A stretch of DNA of 63,651 nt, the filler included, from Reticulomyxa filosa (taxonomy: Eukaryota > Protista > Foraminifera), in the NCBI GenBank assembly GCA_000512085.1. It is 15 parts of 15 records of this genome, joined end to end, with 100 filler letters (N's around TTAATTAATTAA, not from the genome) between each part and the next. Parts side by side here need not be neighbours in the genome. Positions count along the whole stretch, not along the records: positions 38,019 to 43,664 come from ASPP01002583.1; positions 43,765 to 46,426 come from ASPP01012747.1; positions 46,527 to 58,240 come from ASPP01018540.1; 12 more parts are not named here. The stretch is one strand, 5' to 3'. Below the pieces are notes generated by a model. That model had not been told where the DNA came from. It saw only the letters and a program-made list of their open reading frames with translations, and searched no databases. Position 1 is the stretch's first letter. Each line of letters starts with the position of its first letter. The position numbers were made by a program, and so were the translations under genes. Positions 38,170-48,525 of this stretch are shown here, piece by piece.

Positions 38170-39301
38170 ACACAGAAGAAAGCAGAAGCAATGTAATGAG
38201 TTTACAAAGGGAAGAGCTGTGCAAATATTTTTGAATGGAAAGTCTATGTGAAAAGTTGCAAAACACTTCGAGATTAGCGTGATAACGGTCCAAAATTGGA
38301 ACAAAGTGTTTTAAACAAACTGGAATATCAACAGAAAGCATGGACCAGGAGGAAAATCTATTTTGAGTAATGAAATGCGCAGTCGGGTGGTCAGGTGGTT
38401 GGTAACTGATAAGTGTGAAACTGCAAAGGACATACAAAGAGAACTGGAAAAAACAGACAATATATCCTTACATCACACATAAAAGCTTCTTTTAAACACA
38501 AGCGTGAACGTTTGTTAAATGGATTATTTTTTCTTTACAGTTTGATATCTATGTAATAAAAAACTAAATTCAAGATTATATTTAAACACTACACAATTTG
38601 TACAGCCAGTAGAATGAAGAAAGAAATTAAAAATGATATTCATTCCATCATCTATCTCGTGGAAGATCAACAATAAAAAATTATATCTAAGAAAATAAAT
38701 CGTCAAAACGTTTAACATTTACTATCAATTATATAAATTGGACAATTGAAGAATGGAAGAAAGAGTGTTGTCAGACGAAAGTAAGTTAAGTGTTTTTGAC
38801 TCAAATGACATGCAGTATTATGGAGAACAAATTCAAGATGTAATGTAATTCCAATAACAAAGCATAGTTTAAGATCTTTCATGACCTGGAGATATATTAC
38901 TTAGTATAGAGTGGGTTTTTGTGCAAAATCGATAATACTACATTATATCAAACAATTCTAGAGTATAAATTAATGAAAACATTAGAATGGTACCAAATGG
39001 AAAAACTTAATATCATTTTTCAACATCGAAATTTACACAAGAATGTATTTCAAAAAATAATATTCATGCTATTCAGTTGCCTTCACAGTCGCCAGATATG
39101 AATCAGATTTAACATTTGTTGAATGAATTAAAACGTCGTATTAAAAATCAAAAAATCACCTGACATCAATCTAAAGCTTGTGTGAGATTTTCAAGATGAA
39201 TGTGAAAAAATACAAGTATAATTTTGTCAGAAATTAATTAGCAGTATGCCAGATAGTGTTTTAGTACCGAATAAAAAAAAGGAGGTTATACAAAATAGTA
39301 G
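38170..39301 (+). mobile_element. Decayed Tc1/mariner (Tc1-type DDE) transposase
   Basis: Ordered remnants across frameshifts are the HTH (GKSM*KVAKHFEISVITVQNW), RQKRL.F...NWTIEEW, SDESK, KH...M.W...VG.LCKID, IIFQH, PSQSPDMNQI*HL.NELKRR, KLISSMP and GGYTK. TIRs were not identified. Confidence 0.88.
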
Positions 39302-40178
39302 TGTTTTTAAACATTTTTGACAGTAACTGTAATAATAATTTATTTATTTATTAAATTTGCAAATACATGAAAAGTCATTAAAGAAATAACAAACTTACCT
39401 CATCAAAGGACAAATGACCGATGTAACGCACGATCCTTGCGCTTTTTTGGCAGATGTTCACGCGACTGCAGACAGTAATGTGAAGAAACTACTTTGATTC
39501 TGGCGTTGATGTTTATTTTATCACATTGTGTTTACACCCCTTTTTCTTAACATTATTAAATTTATAAAAGGTAATTGAACAAGATGTTTTTAACTACCTT
39601 AATGGTAGTGAAATTACAATTTCAGAAACTTTACGTTGTTTCTTTTCTGCAGTTAATATTCAAATGAATAGTATGATCTATAGTGATGTGGACTAAGTGT
39701 AATATGAAAGGAATTTAGTTCCAAAAATCAAATTCAGTAAAAAGGAGTAAATTAACAGCAAATAATTACAGCACAATAAGGAGAACGAGTAAAACGAAAG
39801 CAAGTTGTGTTTGAAGAAGGTTTTAACCCACAGTTCCTTTATTACTTAAAATTGCATTATATTGACTTTCACTACAGATCTATTGTTTTTTTTCATTAAT
39901 AAAAAAAAAGCAATTGCTAGATGTTTTTTTAATTGAAAAAATTGTATTTTTTTTTTATTCAAGCAATGTGTTGCAAAAAAAAAGGTACAGTTACACATTC
40001 TCCATCTGACTCCAAGTTGTCATACAAAAAGCAAAGGACTTGAAGTAATTATATCAACAAAGCCATAATTTAGCCAATTTGTTTTTTTTAACAATTCTCA
40101 AAAGAACATTTTCTAATTTGAGCTTTAACTTTGGAATAATATCCAAGAAGACTGCACTTGCTCTTTTTTGAATGTGAG

Positions 40179-40492
40179 TCAACTATTGTTAAGTTCTTCA
40201 ATAATAGGCCAAACAACACCGAGCATAAATACTTGAATAGTTGAAGAAATCATATCAGTGCTAATTTGAAAGCCACCAATTTGCACACAGATAGGCAAGC
40301 TTTTGAGTTGTTTCACTAAAATTAATCTATCATCATCGTTTTCCTCAAAATATCCATATTCATAAAGCAAAGATGGCAGTCTGTCATTAACCCAATTCAT
40401 TCGGAGCAAGGCATCCAATATTAATAAGAACGAGCTGCAATTGAGTAAGTAAAAGCAGATAAATCGAGCCCAAGCAATTGTTCCTGTTGTTT

Positions 40493-40527
<35 letters not shown>

Positions 40528-41123
40528 TGAACGAATCGTCACAAGGACAAAAAAAAAAAAAACAAATTATATACAAACAAAAGATACCTTTTGGAGAATT
40601 GGGATCGTATACCAGATGCCAGCATTCAAAAACCCCAATGACAATGGCACTAAGACATCCACCAAAATAACAAATGATCAAGAAAGTGAACTGGCTGGAA
40701 GCGTAGCGTAACGTCCTTATCGCGTGCACATGCAAACGTAGAAATTTTTCGCTGGTGTCAATCACCCATGGATTGTCCTGTCCATCGCCTTGAATACTGG
40801 AACGCAAGAGTAGGAACTTCAACTGGTCCATTTTGAACAAATCTAAAAGCCACGGAGGTCCTTTAGGTTGGCCATTGGGATATGGATGCTGCAATGCAAC
40901 GACAGCCAAGATGCGGCAATACATTGTTTCATGGACCGAAATCACAGACTGCAAAGCATTGACACCATTATGTATCAGCACTGCTGTTGTGACTACTTCG
41001 CTAATGGAATAATACAATCCAATCCAAGAGAAATTCAACTGGAGTTTTTTGTCAGCACCACAGTCCTATATATATATATATATATATATATAAACATATA
41101 TATATATACACATACATATATAT

Positions 41124-41154
<31 letters not shown>

Positions 41155-41604
41155 TGTATACGTATACCCATCCTATCAAAAAAAAAAAAAAAAAAACAAC
41201 AACAACAAAACATCAAGCACCACAACAATGAGAATGACGACAGTAAAAGCCTTGTACAAATGTCCCCACAAACGCATCCTCATTCTGGTTGACACGATTT
41301 GAAAAGCGTCCACCATGGTTGGGAATTGCAAGAGCATACTTATTTGTTCCTGCAGTTTGCCTTGATAGATGAAGGCAAACAAAGAGACATACCAAAGCCA
41401 CGGGATCGTGCAGTACCACAAGCCATAGGCAAGATGCACCTTCGAGACACTCGTGCTCGACGAACGTGATATCTCTCCGCAAGGTGAAAACCCACCGCTA
41501 TCATTGCTTACAAACTGACGAATTTTGTTAATCCCTAAGCTCGTCACTCCCAGCAGCATCAGCCACATCTATTTCGCAAATACGTATCCACAAGCTCCAA
41601 AAAC

Positions 41605-41636
<32 letters not shown>

Positions 41637-41864
41637 CATTTGTTTTGTTAGAAAAAAATTCAAACTTAACCGATAACAAAGCCAACATATCAATAAAACT
41701 TTCAATTCGAGATGAAGTGTAGCCACGAAATTTGGGGAGGAAAAAATGTCCCAGTCCTGCCCAGCGCAATTTGAACCGCAATAGTTTGTGAACTTCCCAT
41801 AACTTTTCGTTGGCTTCTTTGGAAAATTCTCGTTCTTTTTTGACCACTCCATCTTTTGTTCCAA

Positions 41865-41899
<35 letters not shown>

Positions 41900-42280
41900 A
41901 GTGTCTGTGTACCATTTGGACATACAAGATTAGAGTGTGCAACATAAGAGTCCAAAAGAAGCAAACTGATAGTGGCCTTCACTTGAACTTGGACTAGACA
42001 ATTGGAATAAATCCCGGCGTCTTGTGCCAACTCGTTGTTTTCACACACTTCGAGCAAGTGGTCGTTCTCTTCGGGTCTTAATATAGTTTGGTCGTTCACA
42101 GAATAAATTGTCCTTTCTTCGATTCGTTTCTTTAAGTCCAGGATTGTATCGCCTTCTTTCAACTCGATGCTTATTGCACTGTTTGCTTCAAATGGTAATA
42201 TTTCCACTTCTCTGATGAGAGTCCATTTCAAACGAAAAAAAAAAAAAAAAAAAGCAAGTTGATACTTCTTTTTCAGTCAT
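40179..42280 (-). CDS. Ubiquitin-like domain + 7TM gustatory-receptor-like (7TMIC/GRL/DUF3537-like) protein, ~550 aa
   Basis: Exons ~42231-41913, 41852-41671, 41568-41212, 41065-40588 and 40483-40179 join via four in-phase GT-AG introns (1641 nt, 547 codons). The N-terminus is Ubl-like (IELKEGDTILDLKKRIEE...QTIL...LAQDAGI), followed by seven hydrophobic segments. The start (ATG 42280) is unresolved across a T19 run. Confidence 0.72.
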
Positions 42281-43079
42281 TGTGTATTATATTCGTCAAA
42301 CGAAGGGGTTTTTTGTTTTTGTTATCTTTTCTTCCCTTTCCCCCCATTTTCATCATTTAAATGAGGTTTTGGATGGAGTTGTGTGTCTTTACCGAATGTA
42401 TATGCGAGGCATATTAATTAATTCTCACATGGAGTTTTCTATCAGATTTTGTGTGAACGTTTGTGTTTTGTCTCTCCCTCTCAGTTGTCACCACACGCCA
42501 TATTCATGCATAACTTTTGGCTGCCATATCTGCTATCACCAGCTTAGCTTTTGGCCTTCTTAATCTTTGCATTTTTTTTTCTTTCTTATAGGCTTTATTA
42601 AAATGCCACCTTAAAAAACACTAGTTGGTTAAAAAAAATTTTCCTGGTTGAAGGCAAGCCGTTTCATTAAATTACTTTACGCGTTTTTGAAATAATTGCA
42701 TTTTGTAAAACAAAATTCTCAATATGTGAATTAAATGTGTTTATTTGGTGTCAAATGATGAACATTATTTTTTGCAAGATTTAATGATCGAATAAGTCAG
42801 GAACAAAGGTTAGTTTTCAATCGGTGATTAAAATAAAATTTGTCGTTCAAGGACTTGCAAATCTCAGAAGAGTAAAAGTGTCAACATCTTTCATTCACCG
42901 AAATAACCTCCAATGGTTCGGTTGGAGTAGTAATTTTATTTTTATGACATGAGAACATGGGAAGAGGGGCAAAAAAAAAAAAAAAAGAACTCAAAAGTCA
43001 AAGCTGTTCTTTTTGTCAAAATGTAGTGCTTTTGGTTTTGTTTAGTTATTGTTTGTATTGTTTTTGATGGTTGCTGCTA

Positions 43080-43562
43080 TTATATATTGGTAAAGGGCTC
43101 ACTGGATTTCAATGGATCAAGAGGTTTAATAGTTTCTCTTTGCACCCCCTTTTTGGTCACAACAGCAAGTCGGATGAGACCGTCACTGCTCGTGTCTCTG
43201 AGGAGGGCTAAAGACAAAGCCTTGATAGCAAATTGCTTGCATTTTTCTGCACTGTTGTACAACTCTTCATGATTTTTGAACATGCTATCGCAATATCCAA
43301 AAATGAAAGCGCTTCCACTGCCACCTGCAGAATAAGAAACTTTACGGAATTGCGTACCACCTAACGTCACTTCATACACTTGACCACCTTTGTATTTGTC
43401 CCAACCGCTAATGATCACACTCGCCTCGAGGCGCTGTTTATTCGAATAAATAATTTGTTGACACAGTTTTCGCCGCCAATTCCACTCTTGGACTTTCGTT
43501 CAATTCCGATGACAATTGTTTCAAGTAATATGCCACATAGTCACCAATGTTCTGTGTGTCCG
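43080..43562 (-). CDS. 20S proteasome beta-1 (PSMB6/PRE3-like) subunit, divergent, last exon
   Basis: It reads ADTQNIGDYV..YL, IISGWDKYKGGQVY, GGSGSAFIFGYCD and LALLRDTSSDGLIR. One extra A at 43467-43470 breaks the frame (error or pseudogene). Confidence 0.85.
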
Positions 43563-43626
43563 CTAAAATACCATTTTTTTTTTTTTTTTTTGTTATCATT
43601 TTCAAAAAAAAAATTTTCCAACTCCC

Positions 43627-43664
<38 letters not shown>

Positions 43665-44104
43665 NNNNNNNNNNNNNNNNNNNNNNNNNNNNNNNNNNNN
43701 NNNNNNNNTTAATTAATTAANNNNNNNNNNNNNNNNNNNNNNNNNNNNNNNNNNNNNNNNNNNNTCCTAGCTTGAAGCAGAAAAATTATGTGAGAGATGT
43801 CGAAAACATGTAGCTTTAGTTGCTTTTTTTTTTTTTTAATCTACGTCTCCCTAATAACTTCTTCAAAACAAGGTTTTTTTTTAAACCACGTTGGTTTGAA
43901 GTGTCTTTGTGTTTTTCAATTATATGAGTGTCGTGCATTTTTGAGGGAACAAAAGGACAACAGAATTTGTGATGGAATAAAAATACTAAACAGTTTGTTT
44001 GTTCCGATCCATAGAAATGAGATTGCTCTTACAATCGAAGCCAGCAAGAAAGTGAAATGTATTATTCATTAGAACAACAGCACGAATGAAATAATTGCAA
44101 AAAG

Positions 44105-44755
44105 TCAATTAAATAATTCAGTCCATTTCAAACAAGAGACGGAAATGTTTTGTGGTGTCGAGATCTGACAATCTGTGCATTTGCAGGAGAAGTTGTTACA
44201 AGCGTTGTGAGCACAACAAAACTTTGAAAAAATAATAACAATAACACTAAAAAAAAGGACGCTAACAAGTTGAATTGCATCCACGGCATGGTACTTGTCA
44301 GAAGCGAAACTCAACTCTTCCTTGATGTCTATGGAAATGCATACATATACATATATACATATATATTATTAGCTTTCACAATCACAAATGCATGGCAAAT
44401 ATATAAATATACATATATATATACATATATACATGTATATATATATATATATATATGTAAATGTATATGCACAAAATAAGATAACTTTAATTTGCATTTG
44501 GATATCATGTTGGATATCACGAATAGCGGAAGAATTTCCAGTGAGATTGTCAATGGCAATCCAATAGCGGATGAGTGAGCCTGTTCGATGATTCGAGCGG
44601 AAGAGCTCCAGCAGTTGATATTGCGTTTTCCATTGCGACAACTTGTGTCGCAATTCCTTTTGTCCATACAACGTTGTCAAGGAAACTGGTACATTGATAG
44701 ATTCCATTTTGATCTACAATTAGCATACAATAAACAAAATAGAAGCAACATTAAT

Positions 44756-44788
<33 letters not shown>

Positions 44789-46238
44789 GTATATGTATAT
44801 GTATATATAATTAATGAATATAATACCCGTTTCAACATCGCATTGAAATTCATAACATTGGAAGCATCATTTGCCCAAACGAGGAGATGACTATCTCTGG
44901 AGTCAGGATTGTCTTGATCAGATGACAGATTGTGAATGAGCACGTCGTAATGAAGCTCGAACAATTGTTGCAGGTTTTGAATTGCGTCGAGGGTATTGCC
45001 TTTTCTTTGAGCAAGGCATACTCCTTGCGTATCTTTGCATTTCCATACTCCAAATATAAACACAAATTCGAAGGTATGGTTAGCACCTGCATTTGCTTTA
45101 GTATATCGCGATACGTATAACCACTCGTTGGCACGTGATCACCATCATGTTCATGTTCTTGCGCTGGCAATTGCGATTTCTCTGTCTTGGCTGTTTTAAT
45201 GGGAAACAGACATAAGCACTGCTCCTTTTCGTTGAATTGATAGGAAAAATTCAGCTTCACGTGCTTTGTCTTTTCCAAATGCTGCAACACTCGAACCAGT
45301 AATTGCAATTTCTCAATCCCATTGGTATCGTCTGCTGTCACTTTTTGCTTTATATATATATATATACATATATGTATACACATTGTCAAACAGTTTATTT
45401 TTTCCTTAGATTTATATATACATATTTATAGTAACCATAAGTAATGAAGCGACATTATACTCCAATTGTGGATCGGACTGCCAAAAGGCAACAGAATCGA
45501 ATTGACCGGTTTTAAAGAGATGAAAGGCGGTGTTTGTGGAGTTGAACAAAGTAATCAATTCTTTTCTCTGTTGCTGACTAACATTAAAATTGCTTCGATT
45601 GAATTCACATAACATTACCTTCTATAATTACACACGTATAAAAAAAAAAAAAATTTTATAATACATTTGCACATGCACCAATTGCATGTAGCACATATAC
45701 ACACATAATATACATATATATACATATATGTATGTATATCAAAAGATGTAAGTACAAGCAGAATAATAACAAGAAGAAGAATCAGACATTTTCATAGAGT
45801 GATAAAAGGGTTTGAAATTTCTGGAAATTGTTATGCCAAGCAGAATGATGAGGATTATTATTATCATTATTATTGTTATTGTTATTGTTATTGTTATTGT
45901 TATTATTATCATTATTATTAGATGATTCTTTGAGGATAGTCGTGAGACAATTGTCTTGTCCATCTAAGCACCAAATGTAACGCGTGGGTCGGTGTAAGAA
46001 GATAAAGCACTGACATTGTTCCTTTGCTTGAGTTTGCAAGACATTCCAGAGTTGACAGTTGTTGGCTTGCAACAGGGCCAACAAGTGTGCGCTGACGGTG
46101 CATTGATGGCTGTGTTCGACGATTATCTGTTTCATGCAATGTTGCAATAGCAATTTGATGTCACTCACATCAGGGCATTGTTGCTTCATCCATTCGTTTT
46201 GATATGCCCACAATCGTCTCTCCACACTTCCCTCCGTT

Positions 46239-46272
<34 letters not shown>

Positions 46273-46426
46273 TCGTCGTCTTCTTCTCGTCGAACCAAAA
46301 TTTCCCATTGCTCCGCCATTCAATTTCGTTGCGATTCTGTTCCAGCTGCGGGATCAAATAGCCTTCTATCGCCTCACTCGTCCAAGGGGGTTCCATTGCG
46401 ATATACTTTTTCAATATATACATGTA
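44105..46426 (-). CDS. Uncharacterised multi-exon protein fragment
   Basis: A series of minus-strand coding-like blocks (45782-46423, 45412-45615, 44850-45389, 44755-45063, 44369-44707, 44105-44314) are separated by (TA)n/(CA)n-rich introns. No family was recognised. Confidence 0.55.
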
Positions 46427-48525
46427 NNNNNNNNNNNNNNNNNNNNNNNNNNNNNNNNNNNNNNNNNNNNTTAATTAATTAANNNNNNNNNNNNNNNNNN
46501 NNNNNNNNNNNNNNNNNNNNNNNNNNAAAAAAAAACCAAAATGGAAAAAATAATAAATAACATGTTGTCTCGATGTAACTTTGTTAATGAGAGAAAGTAT
46601 ACTTTACTTTTTTTTTATCATTAAGAATTTTGTTTTGTTTTGTTTTTTTTTTACTTTTTTATCTGTTGTTTTTTCCCCTTTTTTCTTCTCTTTTCTCTTT
46701 TAAAATTACTTCTTTATTTTTTACTTTCTTGCTGGCTCTTACATTGACTTGTTTTGTAAGGAATGCGGTGTGTTTGTGCAAGCATAGCAAAATGGAAGGG
46801 ATTTGTTTAGTCCCTAGTTTGCTTTGTATTTTTTTTTCTTTTGCTTCTTCAGTTTTTTGCTTTTGTTGTTGGGCATTTGTTGGCAGTCTTGAGTACATTT
46901 GATGATCACATTTTAAAATGAAACTAAAAAGCCTTTGACGTTCTCAATAACACAAGTTTTTCAAAAGGGCCGCATTTTCAACAAAAACTTCTTTTAAAAA
47001 TTTTGCACATAACAAACATCTACTTACTTCATTGACCAGAGAATTTTTTAGTCAAAAAAAATTTTCTAAATGAACACTAGCTTTTGTGTTAATAAAATTT
47101 TGTCCAAACGAATAAAAAACTTTTCAAAAGTGAAAATATTTTTCTTTTTCAACTATAAAAACTTCGCACCAAGCGTGGACACCTTATAGTTATTTCCTGC
47201 TAGTAGGTTGTTTATGTGATTACTTAATGTCTTGAATATTCACATTGAATTTCTGATTGTCACATTTTACTCGACGTATAATGTGATTGTTTCCACTATA
47301 CTGTTTTTAAAATAAACATAGAATTTCAATTTCTTAATTAAGTATAAAACAAAAAAATATTAAATTTACATTTTCGTCAACTCTCCAACTGTAAACGCAG
47401 AATCACATATTACTTTAATTTTTTTATCACAAAAACGATACGGACCTCTTACGAGATGCTGAATGAAGATTATATATGTTGTGTAAAATACATGTTATTA
47501 TATGTCATCTTGTTACAACGAACTGACATATAATATCAAATTAAATCAAATACATATATCCACAAACAAATACTAAAATTGAATATTTTGTAAAAATAAA
47601 TAAAAAAAGCAATATAAAAAAACAAATCATACTTACCTTTGTACACCATCTCATAAACGCAACTGTCGCTTTAGATGTAGTAATCGTTCAAAGTTAATCA
47701 ATCTTAATCTATTTCCCAAATATAAATCGCTTTTGTTATGATATGATGACTTATTGTCTTGTGTTATGTTTTTGTTGAAAGAGTTATATAATGGTTTTGC
47801 TGCACAATGTCTTCACGATCTAAGTTTTTTTTCGCAAAATTTAAACTATTTAATTCAACAAAAAATTATAAAAATACGTTTACATCGGGTAAAATCGTCA
47901 TTGCAATATCAAATGCAAGTGTTTCTCTTTGGATGTTGTACAGCTCAATGTATATGGAATGCTGACTATTTAAATTAGATTTTTGGTGTTTTTTTTTAAA
48001 ATCATCTTCGTCCCTTGATTCAATGATATCCGTATTTGTAAAATATAAACTATCTAGTTCCAATTGGAATTTATAAGAGATTTGTCATAAACATAATAAT
48101 TTTAAATAAAATTTTTGTTGCTTAATAGACAAAGACTTTGCGTTGAAAAATTTTTGCTTTTTTTTTTGTCAAAACAAAAATTAAGCATTTCGCATGACAA
48201 GCAAAAATGGAACAAAACGTTACTGTTTCATGTTTTTTTCCATTCCATTGAAATTTGAAATTTTTGAAAAATTCCAGCAGAAGACCACACAAAAGAAAAC
48301 GAAATTTATCACAAGCACATATCACATCATTTCTGTGCAATGTACAACATGAGGCAAAACAAAATTTGATATGACAAGGACGAACTCGCCAACTTAACGA
48401 TAACAAAGAGTCTCAATGATGTTGATAAGTGAGATATCTAAGGCTTACTTTTATTCCCAACTTGGTGAAACGTTGGCAAAGGAAACAGTGTCTGAAATTT
48501 GTGATATTCTTTTTGTGTATATTGC

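Noticed and set aside
41569-41583. Possible 15-nt micro-intron (GTATTTGCGAAATAG) or TAG readthrough
   Set aside because: A single 102-nt intron (41670-41569) using the same AG gives a cleaner continuous TM1.
40179-43562. Functional link between the Ubl-7TM gene and the adjacent proteasome beta-1 gene
   Set aside because: They share a contig and strand, but eukaryotic neighbours are rarely functionally coupled and nothing else supports it.
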